DNA from: Chthonomonadales bacterium
GTDB lineage: Bacteria > Armatimonadota > Chthonomonadetes > Chthonomonadales > CAJBBX01
Length of the DNA: 64,000 bases
Reading direction: 5' to 3'
Assembly (NCBI GenBank): GCA_037443035.1
Contig: JBBIPC010000015.1
Span: 1 to 64,000, forward strand
A program made the position numbers and the translations under genes. Under the pieces are notes generated by a model. The model worked only from the letters and a program-made list of their open reading frames with translations. It ran no database searches and was not told the DNA's origin. Shown in pieces: positions 1 through 9,730 of this stretch; positions within the stretch are counted from its first letter, which is position 1; the number at the start of each line of letters is the position of its first letter.

Positions 1-31
1 CCGCCAGCACCGTAGCAGCCGCCTTGCGCAT
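1..31 (-). CDS. 5' end of a probable secreted protein running off the window edge (partial)
   Basis: Minus strand reads GGAAAGGG...GTG AGC GGC ACT GCA ATG CGC AAG GCG GCT GCT ACG GTG CTG GCG (MRKAAATVLA..., signal-peptide-like). Co-directional with the 102-1631 gene. Alternative GTG start at 46. Confidence 0.4.
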   Translation of the reverse strand, partial: MRKAAATVLA

Positions 32-101
32 TGCAGTGCCGCTCACGCCAACGCCCTTTCCATCGCTCTCTTCGCCGAACCGCCTCCGGGTACGTCGGTA
101 C

Positions 102-1631
102 CTACCGCGGCCCGCTGCGTCCCTTCACATGGAAGGTCACAGTCGTTCGTACCGGCCGCCTCGTTGCATCGGAGTCGGCCACTGTGACCGTCGCCCGGTA
201 TATGCCGGCGGTCTTCGGGGCGCCGTGGAAAGTGCCCATGAAGCTGTCCAACTCCACGCCTTCCGGTAATCGGCCGCCCACAACGGAGAAACAGTACGCG
301 GGCACTCCGCCTTGGGCTTCGATACGGCCTTCGCACGGCCGGCCCACCTCTGCAACGAGCTCCATCCGACGTGGTATGACGAGCGGCTCCAGCGGAGTGA
401 CAGTCCGAACCCGATAGCCCACGGCCTTCATGACGAGCAGGTCCAGCTTGGTGATGAGCCAACGCTTGCGCGGCATATCCCCGCCATACTCGTTGCCGAA
501 TGCGCCTGCCCGACTCGCGGGATCCACGGTGTCGAAGAGATGTTCGGAGGCGTTGACGCGCGGTCTTCGGCCGAGGTAGTGCTCGATCTCCCGATCCCTG
601 AGCGTGCCGCTCTGGCTGAGGTGCGCGAAGGCAGGATGCACGCGGTGATAGATGAGACAATGGCCCACCTCATGCCGGACGACGGAGTAGTAATCGTGCG
701 GCTCCCTAGCATGACACGAGGAAACCCACCAGCGGTCGTCGCTGTCCTCCATGGACCACCCCAGACCGTTCCAGTTGCCCGTCACTTCCGAGATGACCGT
801 GCCCGAACGTCGGAGTCCCGTTGGTTTACCGTCGCGCGTCTGGAGCTCCCCACCATCCGATGCGCGCCCACCGGAGCGCTTCTCCGGACCGCGGATGCCC
901 TGCGCAAAGAGAAGGAAACCCCGGTAGGAGCGGGGGTTGGTGACATTCCAACCGCTTTCGAACGTCGTCGGGTCGTGAATGAAGGCCGTCTCCGCTCCCG
1001 CTTCCACGGAATCGAAGCCCTGTTCGTCCAGGAAATAGGCCCAGTCCGTCACCGCCCGTTCCAGGATGCGCCGCGCCGGGCCGCTCTCGAAGAAGCCGGT
1101 CCGGTCCTGCGTGTAGTCCAGGGCTATCGTGAACGGCGAGGGCCGGTTGCGGTCCTGGTCGAGAACGTGCACCGGCCATCGTAGGGTTCGGCGTTCGCCC
1201 ACGCCGGTGGTCAGCTCGGCCGTCAGCTCGTAATCCTCGTCCGCACCATCGTGGTCCGGGAAGATGGCCATGAGGAAGTCGGCACGACGACGGTTCCCCT
1301 CGTATAGAAGCGTCTTCGAAGGGCCGTCGGCACCGACTTCGCTGAACAGATCGAACATGAGTCGGCAGCCGTTCGCCCGTAGCACGACTCGGGCCGGAAG
1401 ATTCACCCGGGGGTGCAGGCTGAGGCTTAGACGACAAACGGGGTTCGCGATGTGACCTTCCCAGTCCACCAGCAGCACACCCCGCTCGCGGAGGTCGCGT
1501 CCGAACCGGTCGCGCAGGACCATGGGCGGGTCGCTGGGAACTTGACGGCTCGTCGCATGGACCGGCACCCCGCAGAAGGCGATAGCCCCGAGGACGAGTA
1601 ACCGCGTGCCCAAATCACGACCTGGCAGCAT
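102..1631 (-). CDS. Secreted zincin-like metallopeptidase with C-terminal putative Ig (He_PIG-like) domain
   Basis: Signal peptide (LLVLGAIAFCGVPVHA), HExxH motif RHEVGHCL, C-terminal GGVPAY..GRLPEGVELDSFMGTFHGAP..AGIYRATVTVAD. Overlaps the end of the sulfatase gene. Confidence 0.7.
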   Translation of the reverse strand: MLPGRDLGTRLLVLGAIAFCGVPVHATSRQVPSDPPMVLRDRFGRDLRERGVLLVDWEGHIANPVCRLSLSLHPRVNLPARVVLRANGCRLMFDLFSEVGADGPSKTLLYEGNRRRADFLMAIFPDHDGADEDYELTAELTTGVGERRTLRWPVHVLDQDRNRPSPFTIALDYTQDRTGFFESGPARRILERAVTDWAYFLDEQGFDSVEAGAETAFIHDPTTFESGWNVTNPRSYRGFLLFAQGIRGPEKRSGGRASDGGELQTRDGKPTGLRRSGTVISEVTGNWNGLGWSMEDSDDRWWVSSCHAREPHDYYSVVRHEVGHCLIYHRVHPAFAHLSQSGTLRDREIEHYLGRRPRVNASEHLFDTVDPASRAGAFGNEYGGDMPRKRWLITKLDLLVMKAVGYRVRTVTPLEPLVIPRRMELVAEVGRPCEGRIEAQGGVPAYCFSVVGGRLPEGVELDSFMGTFHGAPKTAGIYRATVTVADSDATRRPVRTTVTFHVKGRSGPR

Positions 1632-3045
1632 TCTGCAACTCGGCCAGCGTCTGCAGGTGATGCGGGCTCGTCACCGCGCCTCGTAGGAGAGGGTCCTTCG
1701 TGCGTTCCATATGCCGCAGTAGTCGGGCCGCAAGCTCATCGCGGACGGCAGCATGGGCGGGGTCGCTGGCCAAGTCCTTCTGCTCCCAGAGATCCGTCCG
1801 AAGGTCGTACAGCTCCAGATGAGGATGATACGCCACGGCATGATTCCTCGGAGTTACGGTGTCGGACCTCGGTCGCCATTGCTGGGAAGGGTCCATGAAT
1901 GCCGGCGCCGTGGTGAAGTTCGCTATTAGCTTGTGGCTGCGAGTTCGTATGGCCCGCTTGGGATCGTAATAGTCGTGGTAGGTCAGCTCTGTGAAGATCT
2001 CCTCGCGTGGTTCGTACGTCTTCTTTCCATCCAGGAGCGGCGCTAGAGACTTGCCCTGGACTTTCGCGGGCACCCCTGCACCAGCGATGTCGGCGAGCGT
2101 GGGCAACACGTCCAGGTTGGAGACCATCTCCTTGCGCACGACACCTCCGTACCAGCCTTTCCGGGACGGCAACCGCAACAGGAATGCGATGCGGACGCCT
2201 GGCTCGTAGAGGTTGCACTTGGCCCTAGGCATGGCGATGCCATGATCCGTAGTGAAGATCACCAGTGTCTGGTCGCGCAGACTTAGCCGCTCCAAAGCCT
2301 CCATGAGCCTGCCGAACTGCTGGTCCACATGCCGGACTGCTCCCTGCAACCCCGCCAGTTCCTTCCGGCAAGGAGGGGTATCCACCAGGTAAGGCGGCAC
2401 CCAGATACCGTCGGCATCGTCCTGCTCCAGACCTGGGCCAGGAAAGCCCTGGTCGTCCGGGGGCTGACCAGGCTCGCGGGGAATGGGTAGCCTGTGCGGC
2501 TCGATGACTCCGATCCACAGATAAAAGGGCCCGCCAGGTTCCTTCAGGCGCTCAAGCTCGGATATGGCGGTATCCACCGCCTGGGCAGCCCGCGTAGGCG
2601 GGTAATGGCGCTCGTAGCCCCACCGTTCGGCCTTCTGACGCGTCTCGTGGATGACCCCTACGGCAGATGTCCGATAGCCCGCATCCCGAAGAACCTGCGC
2701 TAAGTGCCGCTCCCCTGGCGCGAGGTCCCATGCGAAGTTCGCATGCGTCAGGCCCATGACGCCGTTGTTGTGGGGGTACCTGCCCGTGAAAAGCGACGCC
2801 CTGGACGGACTGCACGAAGGTGATGTGCAATACGACATCTCGAATCGCACACCCTGTCGTGCGAACTCGTCAATGTTCGACGTCCTCACGGTAGGTACTC
2901 CGTAGCAGTGCAGGTGTTGCCCCAAGTCGTGACAGTGGAAGATAAGTATGTTGGGGCGGCCTTCGCCAGCGGAGCGGGTGTTGGGGGTCGTTGCCGATGC
3001 CATGATCCCGGCCTCCAGTAGAAAGCTACGGCGTGATAGCCTCAT
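1615..3045 (-). CDS. Sulfatase (Cys-type, formylglycine-dependent family)
   Basis: RPNILIFHCHDLG, CSPSRASLFTG (CxPxR), TTDHG, ELYDLRTD; SRRSFL twin-arginine-like N-terminus. Confidence 0.93.
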   Translation of the reverse strand: MRLSRRSFLLEAGIMASATTPNTRSAGEGRPNILIFHCHDLGQHLHCYGVPTVRTSNIDEFARQGVRFEMSYCTSPSCSPSRASLFTGRYPHNNGVMGLTHANFAWDLAPGERHLAQVLRDAGYRTSAVGVIHETRQKAERWGYERHYPPTRAAQAVDTAISELERLKEPGGPFYLWIGVIEPHRLPIPREPGQPPDDQGFPGPGLEQDDADGIWVPPYLVDTPPCRKELAGLQGAVRHVDQQFGRLMEALERLSLRDQTLVIFTTDHGIAMPRAKCNLYEPGVRIAFLLRLPSRKGWYGGVVRKEMVSNLDVLPTLADIAGAGVPAKVQGKSLAPLLDGKKTYEPREEIFTELTYHDYYDPKRAIRTRSHKLIANFTTAPAFMDPSQQWRPRSDTVTPRNHAVAYHPHLELYDLRTDLWEQKDLASDPAHAAVRDELAARLLRHMERTKDPLLRGAVTSPHHLQTLAELQNAARS

Positions 3046-3145
3046 GGGTCAAGGTTCGCGGTCGGGTCGGCTCGTTCCCTCTCTCGTGAACGCCTTTGGC
3101 GGAGATTGGTAGATTCGGGCTTCGGCTAAGAGGGAGTAGACAGCG

Positions 3146-3763
3146 TCAGACCGGCCAACCGTGGTGCCCGATGAGTGGTACGAAAACGACGGGGCCGAAA
3201 CACTCGCGTTGCGTGGTGCCGTCTTCGCGCTTCGTAATCCGGTATAGCGTCTGCATGTCCGCGTCCCCCAGAGGGATGACCAGGCTACCCCCGGGCGTGA
3301 GTTGTTCCAACAGAGGTGGCGGTACCGTCAGGGATCCTGCTGCCACAAGAATGCCATCGTAAGGGGCCTCTTCTGGCCACCCGAGGGTGCCATCACCCAC
3401 CACCACCGTGACGTTAGCGTAGCCGAGTTCTTGGAGACGTCGGCGCGCCGTTTCGGCGAGTTCGGGAACGCGTTCGATGGATATCACTCGGTCAGCTAGC
3501 AGCGATAGTATGGCGGCTTGGTATCCCGACCCGGTGCCCACATCCAGGACTTTCTCCGTTCCCACCAAGTTCAGGAGGTCGGTCATGAGGGCGACGATGT
3601 ATGGTTGGCTGATAGACTGCCCGTGCTCGATCGGCAGCGGTGCATCCACGTATGCGGAATGGCGCAGGTTTTCGGGGACGAATCGATGCCGCTCTACCTG
3701 CCGCATAGCGTTCAGTACGCGAGGGTTGCGCAGGTTCCGTCCCTCGATCTGTTCACTGACCAT
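3146..3763 (-). CDS. pcm: Protein-L-isoaspartate O-methyltransferase
   Basis: VERHRFVP, GQSISQPYIVALM, VLDVGTGSGYQAA, GDGTLGWPEEAPYDGI, VFVPLIG. Confidence 0.95.
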   Translation of the reverse strand: MVSEQIEGRNLRNPRVLNAMRQVERHRFVPENLRHSAYVDAPLPIEHGQSISQPYIVALMTDLLNLVGTEKVLDVGTGSGYQAAILSLLADRVISIERVPELAETARRRLQELGYANVTVVVGDGTLGWPEEAPYDGILVAAGSLTVPPPLLEQLTPGGSLVIPLGDADMQTLYRITKREDGTTQRECFGPVVFVPLIGHHGWPV

Positions 3764-3824
3764 ACGAAGCCTCGCGGCCTCTTCGGTGTTCGTGATGCCC
3801 CTCCGTCAGTGACGACGTCTGTTG

Positions 3825-5342
3825 TCAGGAGTGCTCCGGGCGCAGCAGCGGGAACGCGATGACTTCGCGTATGCTTGGAGAGCCGGTAAGGACCATGATA
3901 AGACGATCTATGCCCACCCCCAGCCCACCAGTGGGAGGCATGCCGTACTCCAGCGCTCGGATGAAGTCCTCGTCCATAGGATGTGCCTCTTCATCCCCGG
4001 CAACACGCCGGCGGACCTGGTCCTCGAAACGGCTTCTCTGATCCAGCGGGTCATTGATCTCGGAGAACGCATTACCGAGCTCCTGCCCTGCCATATAGAC
4101 TTCGAAGCGCCGTGTGAGTGTCGGATCGTCGGGCCGACGCTTGGCCAGAGGGGACGTCTCCAGCGGAAAGTCGGTGATGAAGGTCGGTTCCATCAGATGC
4201 GGCTGTACGTACTTCTCGTGGATCTTTTCGATAATGCCGCCGACAGACGTGTCCTTTTCTGTGTCCACGTCAAGGCGCACGCAGACCGCTTTGGCAGCAT
4301 CGAGGGTGCTCAGGTCGTCGCGTGTGACACCGGCGTATTGTGCCAGACCATCCAGCATGCTCAGTCTTCGCCAAGGCCGCCGTGCGAGATCCACCTCGAC
4401 CGGACCATCACCATGACGGCCATCCTGGGGCATCGCAACGAACCGCGACGAGCCGGTGACCGCCATGCAGGCGGCGATGTACATCTCCTCCACTAGCTCC
4501 ATGATGTCTTCGAGATTGGAGTACGCCTCGTAAAGCTCGAGGAGGGTGAACTCCGGGTTGTGCCTGGGCGAGATACCTTCGTTCCGAAAGACGCGGCCAA
4601 TCTCGTATACGCGCGGGAAACCACCGACGATCATCCGCTTCAGGGGTAGCTCCAAAGAGATCCGCAGCTTCAGATCCAGGTCCAACGCGTTGTGGTGGGT
4701 GACGAAAGGTCGTGCCGCAGCGCCTCCGGCGACACTCTGGAGAACCGGTGTCTCGACTTCCACATAGCCCCGTGCGTCCAGGAAGCTTCGAATCTCGCGC
4801 ACCATGCGGGACCGCTTGACGATCAGCTCGCGTGCTTCCGGGTGGACGATGAAATCTAGGTAGCGTTGCCGGTGTCGTAGCTCCACATCGGAAAGAGCAG
4901 CATGGCGGATGCCGTCGTGCTCCTTTCCTAGAGGCAGTGGGCGCAAGCACTTGGCTAGGAGGATGCATTCCGACGCATGGATCGTCAGCTCGCCGGTCCG
5001 TGTGCGGAAAACGATACCGGTCACGCCTACGATGTCGCCGATGTCCAGGTCGGTGACGCGTTCGTATTGCTCGTCGCCGAGCTCGTTCCGGCGGACGTAG
5101 ATCTGGATGCGTCCTGTCTCGTCCGTCAAGTCCAGGAAGGATGCCTTGCCCATGAGCCGAACCGAGGTGACTCGCCCCGCGGCGGTGACCGTGCTGTCCC
5201 TGAGATCCTCCTCGTGGGCGATAATGTCCGCCACGACATGGCTCCGGGGATAGCGCTCGATCTGGAAGGGATCCGCGCCACGCGCACGCAGGCTTTCCAG
5301 TTTGGCCAGTCGAACCTGTCTTTGTTCGGACTCCTCGCTCAC
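3825..5342 (-). CDS. lysS: Lysine--tRNA ligase (class II)
   Basis: OB-fold N-terminus, RQRYLD, GGAAARPFVTHHNAL, IGRVFRNEGISPRHNPEFT, ALEYGMPPTGGLGVGIDRL. Confidence 0.98.
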   Translation of the reverse strand: MSEESEQRQVRLAKLESLRARGADPFQIERYPRSHVVADIIAHEEDLRDSTVTAAGRVTSVRLMGKASFLDLTDETGRIQIYVRRNELGDEQYERVTDLDIGDIVGVTGIVFRTRTGELTIHASECILLAKCLRPLPLGKEHDGIRHAALSDVELRHRQRYLDFIVHPEARELIVKRSRMVREIRSFLDARGYVEVETPVLQSVAGGAAARPFVTHHNALDLDLKLRISLELPLKRMIVGGFPRVYEIGRVFRNEGISPRHNPEFTLLELYEAYSNLEDIMELVEEMYIAACMAVTGSSRFVAMPQDGRHGDGPVEVDLARRPWRRLSMLDGLAQYAGVTRDDLSTLDAAKAVCVRLDVDTEKDTSVGGIIEKIHEKYVQPHLMEPTFITDFPLETSPLAKRRPDDPTLTRRFEVYMAGQELGNAFSEINDPLDQRSRFEDQVRRRVAGDEEAHPMDEDFIRALEYGMPPTGGLGVGIDRLIMVLTGSPSIREVIAFPLLRPEHS

Positions 5343-5818
5343 TTCGTGATGCTCTCGATCCGATAGCGTAGACGGCCAGCAGGTACCTGCACCGCGACCT
5401 TCTCACCGACCTTGCGACCCATGAGCGCACGCCCCAGCGGCGATTCGTTGGAGATAAGGCCGTTCTCGGGGTCGGCCTCCACCGATCCGACTATGGTGAT
5501 GGTCCAGTCCTCCCCAGCCCCAAGGTCATGGAGGACCACAACGGAACCCATGCCGACATGGTCTGTGGGGATGTCGTCCGGACGGATCACTTCCGCTCGT
5601 TGGAGCAATCTGCGCAGATCCCGGATACGATTCTCCACCATGGCCTGTTCGACCTTGGCTTCCTCGTATTCGGTGTTCTCTGCGAACTCACCGGAATGCT
5701 GGGAGTCGCGGATGCGCTCGGCCACATCTCGTCGCTGAACCGTCCGCAATCGCTCCAGTTCCTTCTCCAGTCGCGCGTAGCCCGACGGTGTCAGCAAGAT
5801 GGTCTCTTCGTCGTACAA
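5339..5818 (-). CDS. greA: Transcription elongation factor GreA
   Basis: LTPSGYARLEKELERL, GEFAENTEYEEAK, ISNESPLGRALMG. TTG start at 5818 after GGAGAGG. Stop overlaps the lysS start (GTGA). Confidence 0.95.
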   Translation of the reverse strand: MYDEETILLTPSGYARLEKELERLRTVQRRDVAERIRDSQHSGEFAENTEYEEAKVEQAMVENRIRDLRRLLQRAEVIRPDDIPTDHVGMGSVVVLHDLGAGEDWTITIVGSVEADPENGLISNESPLGRALMGRKVGEKVAVQVPAGRLRYRIESITK

Positions 5819-5906
5819 GGGCCTCTCCGTTTCTCGCGTGCAGAAACGCCACGGCGGGCTAGTGCCCTGCCGCGGCGCGAGATGATGCTCCTTCCGAAAG
5901 CGAAGC

Positions 5907-5915
5907 ATTATATCA
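5907..5915 (-). promoter_or_regulatory. Extended -10 promoter (TGaTATAAT) for greA-lysS-pcm
   Basis: Minus strand TGATATAAT about 90 nt upstream of the greA start. Confidence 0.6.
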
Positions 5916-6043
5916 CATTCAGACGAGCAACACGTCAACTGATGTCCTCAGCGATCTCCTCGCATTCGGCGCGCCTCAAAGCGTGGGTGCGACAGGTCAG
6001 TACAGACCGCGCTCCACCGGGTCCGCGGGTATCATGGAGCACC

Positions 6044-7132
6044 ATGTTGGCCGATCGAATATGGCAGGGCGTTCTTCATCGCTACGGCTCCCGAATGGCA
6101 ATCCCGCCCGACGCCGAGCCGGTGACGCTCCTCGAGGGGAATACGCCTCTTATTCCGGCGCCCAATCTCAGCCGGAAGCATCGCCTGGAGTGCGAGCTCT
6201 ACCTCAAGTTCGAGGGCGTCAACCCCACGGGTTCCTTCAAGGACCGCGGGATGACAGCCGCCATCACAGCAGCGAAGGCGGCTGGCGCTCGGGCTGTCAT
6301 CTGCGCGAGCACTGGCAACACCGCTGCATCTGCGGCTGCATATGCTGCTCGAGGGGGTCTTCGATGCATCGTCGTGGTACCGGAGGGCAAGATCGCCCTA
6401 GGCAAACTCGCGGGAGCGGTTGCATATGGCGCCAGGGTCGTGTCGGTGCGCGGGTCCTTCGATGATGCGTTGCGGGTGGTTCGCGAGGCTGCGGCGTGCT
6501 CGGACCTGGCCCTCGTCAACTCACTGAACCCGGCACGGCTCGAGGGCCAGAAGACCGCCGCTTTCGAGATCTGCGACACGCTCGGCGATGCACCCGACTG
6601 GCTCTGCCTCCCTGTTGGCAACGCCGGAAACATCACGGCCTACTGGATGGGCTTCCGGGAATCCCGGCGGGATGGTCAGAGCGCCTCATGTCCCCGACTG
6701 CTTGGAGCTCAGGCGCACGGCGCGGCACCCATCGTTCTAGGGCGCGTCGTGGAGCATCCGGAGACCGTGGCCACTGCCATTCGCATAGGCAATCCTGCTC
6801 GTTGGAAAGACGCGCAGCGGGCCATCGAGGAGTCCGAGGGTGTCGTCCTGGCTGTCTCTGACCAGGCAATCCTGCAGGCCCAGCGGGACATTGCAGTGCT
6901 GGAGGGCGTTTTCTGTGAACCGTCCTCCGCAGCAGGCTTCGCCGGTTTGCTTCAGGCGGTAGCCACGGGCCGCGTAGACATTAAGGGTACCCGAGTCGTC
7001 TGCGTGCTCACGGGCCATGGTCTGAAGGATCCTGACGCGGCTCTCTCTCTTGGACCGTCCCTGACGACGATCGAACCGTCGCTGGACGCGCTCATGCACG
7101 TAATAAGCGAGACCCCGGAGCAGACGGCGTGA
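6044..7132 (+). CDS. thrC: Threonine synthase
   Basis: TLLEGNTPL, KFEGVNPTGSFKDRG (PLP lysine), CASTGNT, PVGNAGNI, EPSSAAG, LTGHGLKDP. ATG 6044 after GGAG; the ORF-track extension to 5528 overlaps greA and is rejected. Confidence 0.95.
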   Translation: MLADRIWQGVLHRYGSRMAIPPDAEPVTLLEGNTPLIPAPNLSRKHRLECELYLKFEGVNPTGSFKDRGMTAAITAAKAAGARAVICASTGNTAASAAAYAARGGLRCIVVVPEGKIALGKLAGAVAYGARVVSVRGSFDDALRVVREAAACSDLALVNSLNPARLEGQKTAAFEICDTLGDAPDWLCLPVGNAGNITAYWMGFRESRRDGQSASCPRLLGAQAHGAAPIVLGRVVEHPETVATAIRIGNPARWKDAQRAIEESEGVVLAVSDQAILQAQRDIAVLEGVFCEPSSAAGFAGLLQAVATGRVDIKGTRVVCVLTGHGLKDPDAALSLGPSLTTIEPSLDALMHVISETPEQTA

Positions 7133-8094
7133 GTTCGGGTTCTGAAACGTGGCCGTCGCTGATTCGCGCGGCCGTGCCTGCCACGACCGCCAATCTCGGC
7201 CCGGGCTTCGACAGTATGGGTCTGGCCCTGGATCTCTGGAACACCTTCGAACTCCAGGTCGGCGCAGGCGCTTCACCCATCGCTGTGGAGATCGAGGGTG
7301 AGGGGACCGACGAGCTTCCCGCCGATCGAACCCACTTGGCCGCGGATACGATGCTCTCAGAACTCGAGGCTGCGGGTGTGGAGGCGCCGGGTCGACTCCT
7401 GCTACACTGCCGGAATCATGTGCCTTCGGCCAGCGGGCTGGGATCCAGCTCCACAGCCATCGTCGCCGGGCTGGTGTTTGCCGAGGCACTGCGGCTCAGC
7501 TTCCATCGCAGACGTGTAGTGCGCCCCTACGAGTTGGATATGGACAAGATCCTGTCCAGGGCGGTAGAGATCGAGGGGCACGGCGACAATGTGACACCAG
7601 CTGTTCTAGGTGGCTTGCAGGTGGTCTATACGCGAGGTGCCGAGTATCGGAACCGTGCCATCCCGATTCCGCCCATGAAGGTCGTCGCATGCATCCCTCG
7701 GTACCGCTACCTCACAACGGAGGCGCGATCCGCCCTGCCCGAGAGTATCCGCCACGCCGACGCCGTCTTCAACATCGGGCACGCCATGCTCGTCATCGAG
7801 GCACTGCGAAGCCGGGATGACGCACTGCTTGCGGACGCTCTCCACGACCGGCTCCATGAGCCGTACCGCTTCCCCAGCATCCCGGGCGCCGAAGAGGCAC
7901 GTGCGGCCGGCCTGGTCTCTGGTGCCATCGCTGTCTGCCTCGCAGGAGCAGGCCCCGGCCTCATCGCCTTCGCTCGAACCGGGCACGATTCCATCGGCCA
8001 GGCCATGGTGGGCGCCTTCGGGCGACATGGCCTGGAGGCGCGCTATTGGGTCCTGCCTGCGTCCGGAGGTGGCGTGCGCGTCGAGATTCAGTGA
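7129..8094 (+). CDS. thrB: Homoserine kinase
   Basis: VPATTANLGPGFDSMGLAL, PSASGLGSSS (GHMP motif), EGHGDNV, AGAGP; overlaps the thrC stop. Confidence 0.95.
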   Translation: MSSGSETWPSLIRAAVPATTANLGPGFDSMGLALDLWNTFELQVGAGASPIAVEIEGEGTDELPADRTHLAADTMLSELEAAGVEAPGRLLLHCRNHVPSASGLGSSSTAIVAGLVFAEALRLSFHRRRVVRPYELDMDKILSRAVEIEGHGDNVTPAVLGGLQVVYTRGAEYRNRAIPIPPMKVVACIPRYRYLTTEARSALPESIRHADAVFNIGHAMLVIEALRSRDDALLADALHDRLHEPYRFPSIPGAEEARAAGLVSGAIAVCLAGAGPGLIAFARTGHDSIGQAMVGAFGRHGLEARYWVLPASGGGVRVEIQ

Positions 8095-8144
8095 ATGCCT
8101 GCTCCACCGACCGCCCATCTTTCCGTCGCCGTGTAGTCCGATAG

Positions 8145-8212
8145 ACTGACCGCCGGTCGTTGAGTGTCCCGGCGCGAAGCGGCGGGGCGTATCGAAACGA
8201 CCTCCGGTCAGT
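8145..8212 (+). repeat. REP-like palindromic element, copy 1
   Basis: ACTGACCG..GGTCGTTGAGTG-stem-GTATCGAAACGACC..CGGTCAGT nested inverted repeats; shares the GTATCGAAAC end with copies at 8251 and 24624. Confidence 0.65.
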
Positions 8213-8250
8213 ACAGACCATCCCAAACCGGCATCCTCTCTAGTCGCGGT

Positions 8251-8289
8251 GGTTTCGATACAGCCCGATAGTCATTGGGTCTACTCGAC
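8251..8289 (-). repeat. REP-like palindromic element, copy 2 (inverted relative to copy 1)
   Basis: Reverse complement GTCGAGTAGACCCAATGACTATCGGGCTGTATCGAAACC matches 24625-24663 at 33/39 positions by eye. A further CTACTCGAC half-site lies at 8302-8310. Confidence 0.75.
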
Positions 8290-8370
8290 AACCGCTCAGG
8301 ACTACTCGACTGCAGGCTACGCCGTGTACACACCCAAGGCTGCCTCACGGTCGGGTACAATGCCGCTCGC

Positions 8371-9153
8371 ATGCGCATCACCTTCCTCGGCTCCGGCACA
8401 TCCCACGGCGTGCCCATGATCGGCTGTGGCTGCGCCGTCTGCCGGTCGGACGATCCCTGCAACAAGCGCCTCCGACCTTCGATACTTGTCGAGAACGAGC
8501 AGCGATCCATTGTCGTAGATACGACGCCCGATTTCCGCCAGCAGGCACTGCGGCAAGGGTTGCAACGAGTGGATGCCGTCCTCATCACCCATACTCATGC
8601 CGACCACATCTTCGGCATGGATGACCTCCGGCGGTTCAACGACCTCATGGGGACCCCGATCACGGTCTACGGAAGCGAGCAGTCGTTGGCAGACATCCGG
8701 CGGATCTTCCAGTACGTCTTCGTACCCACCCAGCATGGCGGAGGCAAGCCGCGGCTCATCCTGCAGGTCGTGCCCGACCGTTTCGAGCTGTTCGGCATGG
8801 AGATCACGGCCATACCGGTGCTTCACGGTACCCTGCCGGTATTAGGCTACCGACTTGACAGTATCGCCTATGTTACCGATGTGAGCTACATCCCGCCGGA
8901 GTCCATGGCACTCCTGCGTAACCTTGAAGTTCTGATCCTCGATACCGTTCGCCCCAAGCCTCACGCCACCCACTTTGGACTGGCGCAGGCGTTGGAGGTC
9001 ATCGAGCAGTTGACGCCGCGTCGTGCCTTCCTCACCCACCTCTCGCACCACTACGAACACCAAGCCACCAACGAGCGACTCCCCGACGGCGTCCGCTTGG
9101 CCTACGACGGCTTGGAGATCGTGACCAAGGCCACCGCTTCCTCTTGCGTTTAA
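8371..9153 (+). CDS. MBL-fold metallo-hydrolase (PhnP/YycJ-like phosphodiesterase)
   Basis: MRITFLGSGTSHGVPMIGCGCAVC, THTHADHIFGMDDLR, AYVTD, THLSH, AYDGL. TACAAT at 8356-8361 just upstream suggests a very short leader. Confidence 0.92.
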   Translation: MRITFLGSGTSHGVPMIGCGCAVCRSDDPCNKRLRPSILVENEQRSIVVDTTPDFRQQALRQGLQRVDAVLITHTHADHIFGMDDLRRFNDLMGTPITVYGSEQSLADIRRIFQYVFVPTQHGGGKPRLILQVVPDRFELFGMEITAIPVLHGTLPVLGYRLDSIAYVTDVSYIPPESMALLRNLEVLILDTVRPKPHATHFGLAQALEVIEQLTPRRAFLTHLSHHYEHQATNERLPDGVRLAYDGLEIVTKATASSCV

Positions 9154-9256
9154 CCCCAGAGTGAACGGGTGTTGAACAAGTGTTCCGTAGACTGCACGCA
9201 GGAGAGGCCCGTATGGCCCAGTCGCACGTTCACGGTATCGCAAGAGAGGCGGAATA

Positions 9257-9730
9257 GTGGAGGAAGGACAATCTGTGGACATTCTGCTTATCGAGAGCAA
9301 CAGCTACGAGGCTGAGCTATCAGCGCGGGTGCTTCGGCGCCACTTGTCGAACCCGATTCGTCTGGCCAAGAGCGGGCCTCAGGCCCTCGAGTTGCTCTAT
9401 GGATCCAACGGGGCGTATCCCTATGTTCCCCAGATCATCATCCTGGATGCCCATGTTCACCTCGCCGAGGTAGAAGACCTGGTCGCGCGATTCCGTGCCG
9501 AGCCCTCCACGCGCTCGGTGCCCGTCATCGTACTGACCTCATCCGAGACGGAGAACGAACGACTTGCCGCCCGCATGGGCAACACCTGTGCGTTCGTCGT
9601 CAAGCCGCTGGACTTGACGAAACTCCTCGACGTGCTCCTGCAAGTGCAGGTCCACTGGGTGTTGCTTACCGAGAGTCCGACCCTGACCACGAACTTCGCC
9701 ACTCCGCAGCCAGCACAGGTCAACAGGTGA
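9257..9730 (+). CDS. Single-domain response regulator (Rcp1-like receiver)
   Basis: ILLIESN, PQIIILD, TRSVPVIVLTSS, FVVKPLD, HWVLL; no output domain. Confidence 0.85.
   Translation: MEEGQSVDILLIESNSYEAELSARVLRRHLSNPIRLAKSGPQALELLYGSNGAYPYVPQIIILDAHVHLAEVEDLVARFRAEPSTRSVPVIVLTSSETENERLAARMGNTCAFVVKPLDLTKLLDVLLQVQVHWVLLTESPTLTTNFATPQPAQVNR

Noticed and set aside
5528..6043. N-terminal extension of thrC in the ORF track
   Set aside because: Overlaps greA and its promoter; family similarity and RBS point to 6044.
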